The notes under the pieces were generated by a model. It had not been told where the DNA came from, did not search any database, and was given only the letters and a program-made list of their open reading frames with translations. Position numbers and translations under genes: made by a program. DNA of 64,000 nt from Octopus sinensis. Lineage: Eukaryota. Below, piece after piece: positions 10,986 to 24,979 of the stretch (positions within the stretch are counted from its first letter, which is position 1; every line of letters begins with the position of its first letter). The stretch covers positions 36,642,001 to 36,706,000 of the forward strand of contig NC_043003.1 of assembly GCF_006345805.1 (NCBI RefSeq), given 5' to 3'.

Positions 10986-12165
10986 TATTTTTATTTGAGA
11001 AAACCAGATCATTCCCGGCTTAACAGTGTACCTCACCTTGTTCAGCAGTTTCTTTGAATTCCTCCAGTGGTTCACCTTATTCTAGGTTGTCAGAATATGT
11101 TGCTTGTACCTCTTGTACATGTAGTAGCGAAGGTGCTCGTTTAGGACCATCTTGATGCTGGCAACCATAACACATGCCTCTCACCAAATCCCGGATTATC
11201 TTGCTCTGACCTTATATTACCCTGTCCTGCAGATGTTGGATGGTCCGGCCTTCGGACGCAGTCAGAATGCTTGCCATGTTTCTTCCAGCTGGCCACAACT
11301 TCGTAATCTCGGTTGCAGCTGTCCATGTCACATTTTGCAGCTATTCCAGTGTTGACAGAGCATTAAACAGCAGTCATGGTGTCAGAATTTTGATACCCCG
11401 AGCAAATCATCCTCATGCAGGTAAATCATTTCCTATATTCGACCCCTCTACGTCAGTAAATTTTTTTTTATCAATTGCTACGTTGATCTTCTCGAACGTT
11501 TTCGAAAACCGTCGACTGTTCGCCAATATATGAAACTGTTCCGGAAAAAATATGTAACCATTCGTTAAATTTATTCCGAGCATCCTATAAACACCACACA
11601 CACACACAATCACGCACACACGAATACACACATATTCATATGCACTTTTGTGTGTGTGTGTGTGTGTGAGTGACAGAGAAGAGAGAGAGAGAGAAAGAGC
11701 TGGAGAGATATTACGAAAAACCTACAGACATTAAGATTTTCTCAATCAAGATTTTGAGTAACTGTATTAGGTCATTATCTAAATTTATTCTGCATTCCAT
11801 GCATAGACCTGATTATTTCACAAAAGGATGATAGTCCATCAAACGTAAGGTTTAGAATTAAGATGAAACATAACTACCTCAAGTGAATATATGCAAATAA
11901 AACGAAGACACCATTAAACAGAAAATCAAATCAGCTATTGAAACACACGCACACATATGTATGTATTGTATGTATACATGTGTGTGTGTGCTTGTGCATG
12001 TGCGTGGTGGGGTGTACATGTATATGTTGGTATACATACGTATATATACTTTGCTCGGGGCCATTTCACGAGTAAAGTGACTTTAGATACTAACAATGCA
12101 CCCAGTTTGGGCTCATTTAAGTATTTAGAGGTACACCTACAATATTTCAGACAAAAATGTATGTA

Positions 12166-12577
12166 GGCGTAGGAGTGGCTGTGTGGTAAGTAGCTTGCTT
12201 ACATGGTTCCAGGTTCAGTCCCACTGCGTGGCACCTTGGGTTAGTGTCTTCTACGCTAGCCTAGGGTCCACCAAAGCCTTGTCAGTGGATTTAGTAGACG
12301 GAAACTAAAAGAAGCCCGTCGTATATATGTATATATATATGTGTGTGTGTGTATATATGTTTGTATGTCTGTGTTTGTCCCCCCCCCGCAACATCTCTTG
12401 ACAACCGATGCTGGTGTGTTTATGTCCCCGTAACTTAGCAGTTCAGCAAAAGAGACCGATAGAATAAGTACTAGGCTTACAAAGAATAAGTCCTGGGTGT
12501 CGATTTGCTCGAATAAAGGCGGTGCTCCAGCATGGCCACAATCAAATGACTGAAACAAGTAAAAGAGTAAAAGAGTA
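12166..12577 (+). mobile_element. tRNA-derived SINE, family B (internal TA/TG microsatellite, (AAAGAGTA)n tail)
   Basis: GGCGTAGGAGTGGCTGTGTGGTAAG head, GGTTCAGTCCC box, CACCTTGGG..AGTGTCTTCTAC central motif, tail ggcggtgctccagcatggcc..gactgaaacaagtaaaagagta; related copies at 21170, 22300 and 22395. Confidence 0.85.
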
Positions 12578-14477
12578 CGTCCAGCAATTGACTGCTTCGT
12601 ATATATTTCTGATAATCACTTGAGTGTATTGCTTTATTTGTGTATTATAATATTGTCTATTGTAGTGTTGTCAGAATCATTCGATGTATGAGAAAATCCT
12701 GTACGGTATTCGTCCTCTTCCCCCTTTTCATTATGAGATCACACCATACAGAGTTTAACTTCGCCTTCCGTCCTTCGAAAGTCTATAAAATAAAGTATCA
12801 GTGAAATACTGAGTCTTGGAAATTAACTCACAACTATTACCGCCAATTTGCCGGCCTTGCGCCAAAATTACAAATATTTGCGGGGTATTAATAGCATGCA
12901 AGGGTGAAATATTACAAACCTTTTATGCAGTGTAAAAATCGGTGCTTCAAAATTGAGATCAAGCACATTTGTACTGCTATTGATGCTAGATTTGATATCA
13001 ATGTCGACATATATTTTATAAGCTCTTAAAGATTCTTACTTTCTGATCTATTTTTTTATATGGATAAGCAATTTCCAGCAGTCTTGTGTCTACTACATTA
13101 CTGCTTTAATATCGTATAATCAAATCTTCAATCTCCTAAAATCTATATTTGTATTCTAAGTATACAACACAGTTTGGTAGCTTATATGAATATAGATATA
13201 TAATTATGGGTGCATGCACGTAAGAAAATTGTTAACTGCATGAGTTTTTATAAATAAGTGTAAATCTGTGTTTGTGCTTCGGTGTACAAGTATGTGTGTG
13301 CGTGTGTGAGTGGATGCGTGTGTGTGTGTGTGTGTGTGGTGTGTGTGTGTGTCTGTGTGTGTGTCTGTGTGTCTGTGTGCGTGCGTGCGTGCGTGTATTT
13401 CAGTGTAAGCAAAGTACATCTCTTCGCTCTGCATAAGGTGTTGCCACGTTTAGTATCGTGTTAGAAGCAAGGTACATTACAATGTTAGTCGCAGCGTGAT
13501 GTCGAATAATATTCCTGCCGCTACGCTAGCATCAATTTAAGAAATATTGCCGATCTGAAGTTTTATTGCTGACGTTCTGTGAGTCAACATCAAAGCAATT
13601 TGTTCAGCTGAATGATATCACTTGTCATTGGTTTACAATTGAGCTTAACAACTATTAATGAGCATTTAAATGAAATTTAACCAAGCACTTTACCTTTATT
13701 TCGATCAATTCGGAAGCATTAGAATTCTTATGGGTCACCAGGCGCGCAGTCGTTCGGTCAGTAAGCTAGACAGTAGAATATATTCGAAGATTCCAGCGTG
13801 GATATATGAATATTTTCAGGTGAAGACGATTAACAAGTCAAGTTTCTTGAGTGTTAAATTGAATTCCGTTATTAACAAACTCTACTACTTACAATACCAC
13901 TGATGAAAAGATGGTACTGTTTTTGCCACTGTTTTTGTTTCTCGTATTATTCTTACTGTTCTTTATGTCCAGGTCAACGTTAAACCCCAGCATACCCCTT
14001 TGATAAAACTTGTTCTATATGCGACTAGTCGTCCGGTTTTTCTTTCCAACCTTTGAAACATGCTGTAAACATTGCTTCGTTATCCAATATTGAATATGGA
14101 GAACTGAGAGAGAATGTTGCTGCTATATCTCCATGTTCGATTCACCTTAGAGACTCAAACGTTAGTCAATATAGATTTGCAATTAACTCAAGGAAGAGTA
14201 TATGTTCAATTGTTGAATACCTATAAGTGAGTGCGCATGCGCATGTTCCTATATGTAATTAGTTATATATGTTTTGTGAATGTGTCCAGTCTGTACATTT
14301 ACATTTTAACAATAAAAATAATAAGCTGAATCTGATTCATTATAACAGAAAATATTTGCAGCATAAATCTATATGAAGGATCTTTCCTCTCAAACGAACA
14401 CTTATAAATCTCAGGTAGCTTATACAACAATGTGTATTTGGGGGGTGTTTGTTTGTGTGTGTGAGTGAGTGTGTATA

Positions 14478-15694
14478 CGAGGGTGGTTCATTAATATTAT
14501 CCCCTGAGCCACTTCCCAAAGACTGGGATAAACGAAACTTGACATAGTTATTTGTTCTTCTCTGCATAGCCACCACTAATTGTGACACACTTCTATCGCA
14601 TTATGCAGCTGTGAAAACCTCGTCTGTAGAAGTTGGTAGGTTGCGTCCCTTTCAAAAAAATATCATGGCTGGAAGAGGTAGAAACCGGATGATGCGAAGT
14701 CGGGAAAGTTATGAGAATGAGGAAGGATTTCATAGCCGCAGGAGTGTGCTTTAATCTCTGCAACATTCGCATTGTCAACTGGGGCATTGCCTTGGAGGTT
14801 GCAGACACCTTTTGACAGCATGCCACGTCTCTCTACTTTGATGGTGTCCCGCGATTTCTGCAGCAGAGAAGCATAATATGCCCTGTTAATTGAGGTACCC
14901 CTTGCCAGAAAATCCATCATCACTACTTTGTGCTTTTCCCAACAGACTGTTTGCATCACCTTGCCTGCTGAAGTTTGGACATGAGCTTTCTCTGGATGTG
15001 GTGTGTTATGATGCTTCCATTGTTTCGATTGGACTTTAGTCTCATGATCATAATGATGGACCCATGTTTCATCCTGTGTGATAAGTCTGCTGAAAAGTTC
15101 CTCCTCGTTTTCTTGGCACATTGCCAAAGAACCTGGTAGTAACCGACTCGTTCCTGCTTCTGAAAAGTTGTGAGCATCCGGGGAAGCCATCGTTCAGACA
15201 ACTTCACATGTTCAAATGTTTTTGAATGACTTTTTCCACAGACCTTACACTTATCTTCGCTTCGTGGGCTAGATGCCGAATAGTTATGCGGCGTTCCTCC
15301 AAAATGGCAGTTTTCACTTTATGGACGGTGTCGTCCAGGATTAGTAGCAGTTTCCACCGATGTCCGACCACATTTGAACTGGCGATGCCAGTGCTTCGCT
15401 ACGTTGTATGATGGTGCATGGTCATCATAATCATCTTTCATTTCATTGAAAGTCTCTTTTGATGTGTATATATACACCTTTCAAGTATCAGGACCTGATC
15501 ACTGATCTGCATTCGACTGCCTTCATTATAATACCTCAGTCCACTTCAGCAACCGTAAAATACAAACGAATGCTAGTGTAATGCTGCAATTTACAATGTG
15601 ACAAATAGAGACATGTATAATTATACTTGCACAGGTTCCGTTTCCTGCAATAACCGGAAGTGGGTTAGTGTAAATCTTTCATGAACACACCTCG
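14478..15694 (-). mobile_element. Near full-length, defective DD34D mariner transposon
   Basis: Imperfect TIRs TA|CGAGGGTGGTTCAT (14478) and ATGAACACACCTCG|TG (15694). Minus strand starts at ATG 15526 (MKAVECRSVIRS*YLKG), then ITQDETWVHHYD, LQGNAP, FPDFASSGFYLF, and KCVTISGGYAEK*. Frameshifts, D-to-G changes at the 2nd and 3rd catalytic motifs and a short C-terminal deletion. Confidence 0.93.
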
Positions 15695-15699
15695 TGTAT

Positions 15700-15907
15700 A
15701 TATTGGATCGCTGAACTCTACACAGTTTTTCTCTTTCCGTTTTTTTTCTTTCATTCTCTCTCCATCTTTTTCCACTTATTCCTTCCTGACGAAAAACGTA
15801 GGCCCGAAGCGTAAAAGACTTTTCAATTTTACCGGTGCGTTAAATAAATACAACTGCTTTTTGTACCTACACCTGTCTTCATCTTGTGTTTTCCTGTAAA
15901 TTTGAAC
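15700..15907 (+). mobile_element. Probable Penelope-like terminus with decayed hammerhead-like motif
   Basis: CTGACGA at 15786-15792, then aaaacgtaggccc-GAAGCGTAA; T-rich tail ending in (TA)n as at 7660-7790. Stem II does not pair. Confidence 0.35.
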
Positions 15908-15910
15908 TAC

Positions 15911-15943
<33 letters not shown>

Positions 15944-15953
15944 CAGTATATAT

Positions 15954-16011
<58 letters not shown>

Positions 16012-17221
16012 TATATATATATTATATTCATGGTGCATACTCAAATCTAAGCACACACGCACGCTTACATTCCACCTGAATGTGATTGCTGTATAATCCA
16101 AATATCGTCCATTGGAAAGGAAACCGTACAACACAACATGAAACCCGCAAATAATGTTTATATGTTTCAAATAATATAATTTTTTTAATTATAAGTAAAC
16201 CATACATTTTCCTTTAGCAATTATTATAGATAAATTCATTTATAGATGTTGTCATACAAACTTTATTCATCATTTCGCCGTCCACAAATACGTTACTCCT
16301 GATCATTTGACAGTTAGAAAAAGGTCCAGCTTCTAAATTAGTAAAACTGTAACAAATAATCTTCAATATTAATGGGGATTCAGCTTATAGAACAATATAC
16401 TTAAGCGAAATAGTCAATATGAAATAATGAAAGAATAGCCTGTTCCCATGTATATATATATATATAGTTTTTGGCCATTTATTTTATAATGTTCTTAACA
16501 TATAATTCCTTTAGATTTCCTTTCGAATTGTATGTAGTAAATGAAGTACCGTGTTGCCATCATTAACGAAAAGAAATTTTAATTATCCTCTAAAATTGAG
16601 CTCATTTAAACAATGAGTCCATGATCAGACAATGCCAGTATTACCTCTGAACATATACTTTAATTAGCGGTAATACAATAGAGGAATGTGCAACGTATTT
16701 CTTATAAAATTTAATGAAAGTCTACTAAAAGTCGTGAATAATGTATGGAATGACAAGTGTAGCATGAAGACATATGTTCGTGGTCTTTATGTATGAATCT
16801 AGGAACAAAAGGTTTGTTCTGATGCTTAGAAATGTATGCTTTCGTACATTGTATTGAAGTGTATTAGTGCGCTTGACTTACAGATTTCTATATCTAGAAT
16901 TTGAATTAATTGAAGATTTCGCTTTCGTTTTCACTAGTATTTCAATAAGCAATATCTTATGTCGTCCTATAAACTATATCTGATATGTAGTCAAATCATA
17001 TTATATTTAAGTAATTTGTTGGGAATATTAAAGTGAGGATGTGTGTAATGATATTAATAGGTATAGATAATCTTATCCACAACCTTCCTGCTATTATACT
17101 CTAAGATGTAATTAATCAGAGAATTTTTTGGTTTTTACTATCAAAGAATTATGCAGATTATAGTTAGTACTAAAGATTGTTCTCAAATTATATCAGAAGG
17201 CCCATAATTTTATTTTTTCTA

Positions 17222-17402
17222 GCGGGGGGCGAGGAAGTCAATTACATCGATCCTAATGTTCAACTGGTATTAATTATATCGACTAGGAAAAGAGAAAAGG
17301 CAAAGTTTATCTGAGCAGAATTTGAACTCGGATCGTGAACACGGACGAAATGCCGCTAAGCATTTTGCCCGATGTGACAATGATTCTGCCAGCTCACCGC
17401 CT
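17222..17402 (-). mobile_element. SINE family A, diverged
   Basis: gaatttgaactcgg...aaatgccgctaagcattttgcccg...attctgccagctcaccgcc is the reverse complement of the family A head. Confidence 0.8.
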
Positions 17403-18075
17403 TAGTTCATTCTAAATATTGGTTTCAAATTTTGTGCCTGTGTGAATTTCAATGCATGTGTTTCTGTGGATATAAGACTCACAAGTATTGACAGGATATA
17501 TCTGAACATATCTAACATATCCATCTAGGGTGTTACATATCTAACTCGTTGAATGTGTTCAACGAATAATTAGGAATAATAACAAATTGTTCGGATTTAG
17601 GACATATGTATAAGCGTAGCAATACAACAAGAAGAAAACATCTTTCATACACTGTGTAAAGAATACGTGTACGACAACCACGCAGTCATTTCTCCGACGA
17701 ACATTTGTTCCGTGACCATTCGCTTGAGCAGGCTGTTAGAAAAGGCTATACACCATTCGACCTGACAATATACAACTACTCGTCACTTACTTAGCTTTCG
17801 ATATAAAATGTAACTCGAACATGTTTACATCCAAGTGGCGTATTAGTGTTATCCAATATGAATAATTCTATAAATGCAAACGAATGAAATTATTGTCCTT
17901 AGAGAATTATTTCTATGTCCATACGTCACAAAATATAGATGGCATTAAAGAACTCCTTAACTAAGATTTACGTGCCGCATGCGGAGATTTAGATGACAAA
18001 AGCTGTTTATGTGCGTGTGTGTGTGTGTGTGTGTGCATGTGTGTGTGTGTGTGTGTGTGTGTATGTATTACGTTG

Positions 18076-18375
18076 TGAGGTTGCATGTCTAAGTGGCTAG
18101 GGTGTTACATTCACGAGCTACTGATCGTGATTTTAATCCCGAAACCGAGTGGTCCGTTCTGCTTTTGAGCAAAACACCTCATCTCGCATTGCTCTGCGAT
18201 CACTTCTACACCTACCGTGTGTTACAGCGTGCACCTATTCAGACAGCGTCGATTTGACGGAGAGAGTGAGTTGATGTGCGACACGAAAATTTGATCACGA
18301 TAAACACACCATTTCTGCAAGTCGTTCAACAGAAAACTGAACGCTCATATGTCGTCTTCGATGGAAGAGTTCATC
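18076..18375 (+). mobile_element. tRNA-derived SINE, family E
   Basis: Head plus TTGAGCAAAACACC central motif; reverse-complement homolog at 55629-55910 (gtcgtcttcga(t/c)ggaagagt tail). Confidence 0.75.
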
Positions 18376-18494
18376 ATATTATGTATTATGTATGTATTTA
18401 ATTACCTACCTACATATTTACACACAAGCATGCGCTCACGCTCAAACGTATATATGTATGTATATATATATATTTGTATATACATGCACACAGA

Positions 18495-18553
18495 CAGATA
18501 GATAGAGAGAGAGAGAGATAGAGAGAGAAAGATAGGTAGAGAGAAAGACAAAC

Positions 18554-18613
<60 letters not shown>

Positions 18614-18632
18614 GGATAGATGGTTGGATGGT

Positions 18633-18689
<57 letters not shown>

Positions 18690-18692
18690 GGT

Positions 18693-18732
<40 letters not shown>

Positions 18733-18849
18733 GAGACAGACAGACAGAGACAGAGAGAGATAAATAGATAGACAGACAGGTAGGCAGGCAGAGAGGTAGA
18801 CAGACAGGCAGACAGACAGACTGACAGACAGACAGACAGACAGACAGAC

Positions 18850-18935
<86 letters not shown>
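18495..18935. repeat. (TAGA)n/(CAGA)n compound tetranucleotide microsatellite
   Basis: Visible run; source of LSIY-repeat ORFs. Confidence 0.95.
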
Positions 18936-18936
<1 letters not shown>

Positions 18937-19784
18937 ATCACATGTATTAAAGATCCTTAGTATTTCTCCTTTCAGGCGAAGAGAAGTCAACAAACATTGC
19001 TTTTATATTGAATTTGTCAATATGCAATGATAATTATATAGCTTTTCTATTGACATTTCTGATTCTCTGATTGTGACAAATCAACAACATTCAGTATTAC
19101 AACTAATATGGATAATGCAAATATATTTTAGTTATATTAACATAAGATTCGGGTAAAACTCTTATTGCCATATTCTCACTGCCTGATATAGAACCATTTA
19201 GATACGTATTCCGTTCAATCTACTATATTATGTGGGGCACATTTTCAAGGATGTAATAATTTTAGCTGTTTATCCACCGAGTATACTTATTTTGAGTCTA
19301 AATTCCAAGGTTTCCTTTCTTAGTTTCACATATATATACTCAGGCATAAGTTTATGATCGAGACACTCACTTCGCAACCATGTGTTTTGGGTTCGATTCC
19401 TGGGCCGGTCTTCCCTTGGGTGTCTTCTACTATAGAACCAATCCTTGTTTATGAATTTGGTATGCTGAAATTGTGAGGAAGACTCCAGTACTGGGACCAA
19501 CATCTTGCAAGCATGAAGGCACTCTGGCAAAGCGCTGCTCCTCTAAATGGAAACCTTACCTGTCATTCTGGTTTTGTGGCACGAAGCAAATCAGTACATG
19601 GCCTCCACTCAAGAAAATACATAGTAATCTGACTCCTCATTTTGTTCCCTTCCCCCAAAGCTTTGCAAATCACCAGCAAGTTTCAAGGGTTACATTCGTC
19701 TCCACAGAACATGACTACCGCCTTATGTTTCTGAATCCTCATTTGTCGTTCACTACGAGAGAATACATCACCATCATATATGAA

Positions 19785-20096
19785 GTGGTGTAGGTGCATG
19801 GTAAAAATGGTTAGAGCAGCGGACTCGCGGTCGAGAGAGCACAGGTTCGAACCTCAGAACAGGCGATGTGCGTGTTTATAAACGAAACACCTTAGCTCCA
19901 CGCAGCTACGTCACAAGGTAATGGCAGATTTCTGCTGACCCTTTCGCCACAAATTTCTCTCACTCTTTTCTCTGGCATCTAGCAGCTCACCTGTGACGGG
20001 CCGGAGTCCCGTTCAGGTGGGGAACATATACGCCAATGAAACCGGGAAACCGGTTCTTATGAGCCAGGCATGGCTCGAGAAGCAACAAACAACAGC
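19785..20096 (+). mobile_element. tRNA-derived SINE, family C
   Basis: TGGTTAGAGCAGCGGACTCGCGGTCG..GGTTCGAACC head; (CAA)-type tail. Confidence 0.8.
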
Positions 20097-20223
20097 ATAT
20101 AGGAATTGACAAATAATGAAGAGAAACTGAACGCATGCATTCAGTATTGGCATGACTACATTGCCCAGATAAAACAAATATATGTACATATATACGCACA
20201 CAAGCACACACACTCACACACAC

Positions 20224-20258
<35 letters not shown>

Positions 20259-20322
20259 TATATATTCTTATCTCCTCGTACCCTTCCCCTACTCCTCCCC
20301 CATCGCCGTTTGTAGGCATATA

Positions 20323-20824
20323 TCTTTATATATAAAAGTCAAGTTGTGTGTCTGTCTCCTACGATTTAGATTCCTAACTACTCCCACATTTTGCGGTGCA
20401 GTGTAACCAAAAGCGGGTATCTTATAGTCGTGATTCCTATCGAGCCCTTCTGGGTATTAGCGCGCGTCTACGATGAGTCTACGATTTTTAAAATAATTTA
20501 CCATCATTTTTTTTCCATTTTAATGCATTTTTCGCTATTATATAAGGGAAGTAACTCTCTAAAAATGTCTATGATGAGTCAACGATTTCTAAAAAAATAT
20601 ACCATCATATTTTTTCCATTTTAATGCATTTTTCGCTATTATATAAGGGAAGTAACTCTCTAAAAATGTCTATGATGAGTCAACGATTTCTAAAAAAATA
20701 TACCATCATATTTTTTCCATTTTTAATGCAATTTGTTTTTGCTATTTTTTGGCTATAACTCTCTAGAAAAGCTTATATAGTTATTTCCCTTACAAACCCG
20801 AGCAACGCCGGGTGATACTGCTAG
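20323..20824 (+). mobile_element. Complete non-autonomous Helitron with internal ~101-bp tandem repeats
   Basis: A|TCTTTATATATAAAA 5' end, CTAG|T 3' end, hairpin CCCGAGCAACGCCGGG (20797-20812) 8 nt before CTAG, no TSD; repeat units start at 20468, 20569 and 20670. Confidence 0.9.
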
Positions 20825-21169
20825 TATTTCATAAATAAATAGATAATCAATGTAAAACCGGTTGCGTTTCACACGAAGTTCTTCGTACTGAGTTTTAGAC
20901 GTATTTTTTTGTCAAAACGTCAAACATACATTGAAAGTGATATCCGACCACTAGAAGGTAGTAAACAACGCCAATTTTGTTTTCAAATTACAATACAAAA
21001 CGAATTAAATGAAACGATTAAACGTCTTCTTCATACATTACAAATAATCAATGAGGGGGAATAGAGAAAGTAAAAAAGAAAAGATAAAGAAATATGAACA
21101 GGAGACATGATGAAAATGAATTGACGGAGAGACATAGAAGCAACGTCGTGTATTCTATACAAAAATTGT

Positions 21170-21422
21170 TTTATCTCTTACTTGTTTCAATCACAACACT
21201 GCGGCCATCCTGGGGCACCTCTTTGAAGAATTTTAGTCAGACGAGTTGAATCCAGGAGTTATACTTTTTTAAAACATTGAATCTATTCAATCGGGCTCCT
21301 TTTCTGAACCGCTAGGTTGAAAGAGACATTTACACGCAAACACCGGTTGCTCAGTGCCGGTGGTGGACGAACAGAAACACAGGCATACACACACACATGC
21401 ACACATACATATGCATACATAC

Positions 21423-21467
<45 letters not shown>

Positions 21468-21597
21468 ATGGGCTTCTTTCAGTTTCCATCCAGGAAATTC
21501 AATCACAAAGCTTGCCGAAGGTTCCACATCGTTGGACTGAACACAGAACCATTTGGTTGGGAAGCAGGCTTCTTACCACTCAGCCACGCCGATACCT
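21170..21597 (-). mobile_element. SINE family B, diverged
   Basis: cttaccactcagccacgcc head, internal (TA)n, and tacttgtttca..gcggccat..ggggcacc tail in reverse orientation. Confidence 0.8.
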
Positions 21598-21964
21598 AAT
21601 ATCATATAACTTACATACCTTCTAATTCTTATAAAAAAACATCGAAGGGCATTAATTCAAAAGAAAAGGAATTGCGCCACAACGATTACCTTGAACTATT
21701 AAGATTCCTTCCAGCATCTTATGATAAAATATTTTTATCTGAAATGGTTTTCAACATTTATTTCTTCGGAATCAATAACATATATACGAGATATGAATTA
21801 AACCATTTCGAAGTGTTATATATATGCCGTACAAGTAATTGAACTTCTGGCAGCTTAACAAGCCAATGCTGTTTATATTAAGTAATAACAAGTGGTCAAA
21901 ACGTCTGTGTGTTGTATTATGCTCTTCGCAATATTTAATCTCAGTGAAATTGGTGAATAAGCAC

Positions 21965-22165
21965 AATCGTTAGCGCGCCGGAAAAATGCTTAACGAAATT
22001 CTTTTCCGGTTCTTCACGTTCTGAGTTTAAATCCTACCGATGTTGGCTATTTCTTTCTTCTTTTTGGGAAGTCGATAAATTAAGAGACACTTGAGCTCTC
22101 GAATTGAGGTAATCGGCTAACACTTCCCTCTATAACTGCAGGTTTTCGGTCAAAATTTGAAATCA
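21965..22165 (+). mobile_element. SINE family A, strongly diverged
   Basis: aatcgttagcgcgccgga..aaatgctta..cacgttctgagtttaaatcc matches the family A head. Confidence 0.65.
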
Positions 22166-22299
22166 TTGTCCAGTCTCATCGGGCGGAATTATTTAGCCTC
22201 GTCGTGTCATGTTCTGATATTTATTTCAAGATGTCGGTATTTCGTTCTTGTTTCTACAAAATCTATAAAATCGCTACAATTTCCATTACAAATATTGAC

Positions 22300-22820
22300 G
22301 CGGTGCTCCAGCATGGCCGCAGTCAAATGACTGAAACAAGTAAAAGAGTAAAAGAGTAAAAGAGTGTCCATAAGGATATATGAAATAAAAAGCAAGCATG
22401 GTGGTATAGTTAAGAAGCTGACGTTGCAGTCATGTGTATTCAGGTTCGTGTTTGGTACTCCTGCGTTGCACCTGAAACAAGTGTCCTCTACCATAACCCC
22501 GGAGCGACCAGTACCTTTCGATCAGATTTAGCAGACGAAAACTGTCTAGAAAGAGTCCATGGGATATATACATATATGTGTACGTAAGTGTATGCGAGTG
22601 TAGGTGCCTGTGTGCGTGTGTGCTTGTGTATGTCCCACGTAGCATGTGAAAACCAGTACTGATTCCTTTACGTCACTGTAAACTAGCACTTTGGTGGAAA
22701 AACGGATAGAGTAAGTACTTGACTTTAAAAAGTCCTGGGGTTGATTTGTTTGACTAAAAACCCTATAAGATAAGCCCCAGAATGGCTGCAGTCCAATGGC
22801 TGAGAGAAGTAAGCGATAAA
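22300..22820 (+). mobile_element. Family B 3' tail fragment (22300-22365) followed by a diverged family B copy (22395-22820)
   Basis: gcggtgctccagcatggccgcagtcaaatgactgaaacaagtaaaagagta is nearly identical to the 12166-12577 tail; the second copy has head, central motif and tail. Confidence 0.75.
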
Positions 22821-24185
22821 ATATATAAAGAAAAATTGATAATTATTTCATGTACGTTTATAAAATAACTCTTAAAACTCGCCACCTCGGCACATTATAT
22901 TTCGCTGCTGAGCTAAAATAAGACCGAAATACGTCCTTTGTTTTTATGAGTTGGATTTAAAAACAAAATCTATTACGATCTACAACTTCTGTACCACCTT
23001 CTGAAAATGTCGCTTAGCTGTATATTTTAAAGGTATCTCGCTTATTTATCGTATTTAGATTCTCAATACCTCCAGACGTTTTTGTCTGCTAATTGCATGT
23101 GTTATGTCAGTTAATCAAAGTTACTCAATTCCCTGCATAACATATGTGTAACTCTAACACATCTCTATTTAGTGCGTAGATTGCCTACAAAAATTATCTT
23201 CCTTCAGGCATATTGCAAATTATTAAACTGAAAGCTTTTGTTTCCTAAGGAAATATTTAATTACAATTACACAAAGATTGAATCATCTTTCTGTAAATTT
23301 GCTCAAAGTATGTTAAACGTGACCGCAGTAGCCAATATGCCGACGAATTTATAAGTGAAGAATATTTTTAAAAGATAACTTGATCTATAGTATGAATACA
23401 CAAGCTAGTTATGAAAGAATCGGAGTATGAAAGTGAGGAAACAATACATACCAATAAAATTTAATGTAATTTTTTTTTAAAAAGAGAGAAAAAATACGCA
23501 GAAAAATACAGAAACGTAACAGAAAAATCTTGAGTGAAGAGAATTCCATTACTATTGAAAAGTAATGCCAAATAAACAATCTAGAATAAAAGAAAGCGAG
23601 GTTTTACTCGCGGAATTTTAGATTAAAATAAATCGCTTATTCATCTTTAATTGAACGGGGGTTTGCTAGGAAAAAAATCAATGAAGACATGTCTGAGAGA
23701 CTTATTTAAAGAATGAAGAATGAGTATAAATAAATATTACTTACCTTTTAGAGAATAGCATGAAGAAACCAAATATGGATGCTAGAATACAAGGTAACTT
23801 ATTATCGATGCCGAGAAATGTAAAGGAATAATGTTTCTACGCAAAATAGTAGACTTTACACCTCGACATATAACACAAACGTAACTAAGTCTGTGCCTTT
23901 TACATCAGAGATACCGATAATTAACACGACTGATTTTCTTCGTGTCAAATATCTGTTTGAATCAAAGACCAAACGAAAAATTATGTTTTTAAGTATTCTG
24001 TCCTCTTGTGTCATTTGAAAATCTCAAACAATCTAGTAAATACTTAAACGCGGTTAGATCTCTTTCTGTTTGAGGTTGGGTTTGCTGACGCCAGAAGTGT
24101 GTGTATGTGTGTGTGTGTCTTTTACTGCTTTCAGCAATGTGAATGTGTTTCCTGGTACGAAAAATAGAGCATACATACCTAAGTG

Positions 24186-24235
<50 letters not shown>

Positions 24236-24721
24236 CATGCATACACACACACATATACACACACACGCACGCACACACACACACACACACATATATATAG
24301 AGAGAGAGACACATACATATGAATTGACATAAACAGCCTGGTGCAATGTGATAACATAAAGGAAAAATTTAACCATCCATAAGTGCCGAAACACCTACAT
24401 TACTAGAAATAAGAGTTAAAATATCTTGATGCTGTAAGAACAGCGTAATGGTCACGTGATATATATATATATATTCCCTGGCGGGACAGTAACTGCTTAT
24501 GATTGTCACCAGAATCACAAGGCTAAGCCTTCGTTCGCCTATTTTGTAGGTATCGTCATTTGAGATTACTCAAACGATCGGTTGTTTGATTATTTCTGTC
24601 TGCCTGTCTATATACTTTAACCATAAAAATTTTATCGAAACTAAGTGTGACAAAGGGTGCCGAAGCACCTGCATTGCAAGAAATAAGAGTAAAACACTCT
24701 TAAGGCTGTAAGTAGAGCGCC

Positions 24722-24764
<43 letters not shown>

Positions 24765-24938
24765 TAGTTACATTATTTCATTCGTATGTATGAATGTATA
24801 TATGTATACATATATACACTGTCAGGAGAGGTAACCACCACATGGCCCACTCTAGAAGAGAAAATTTACGACTCATGGATTAGTTTCATAAATGCAGTGC
24901 ATGAAATGCTCCACTGTTGTATTGCGTAGCTTTTCACT

Positions 24939-24979
<41 letters not shown>

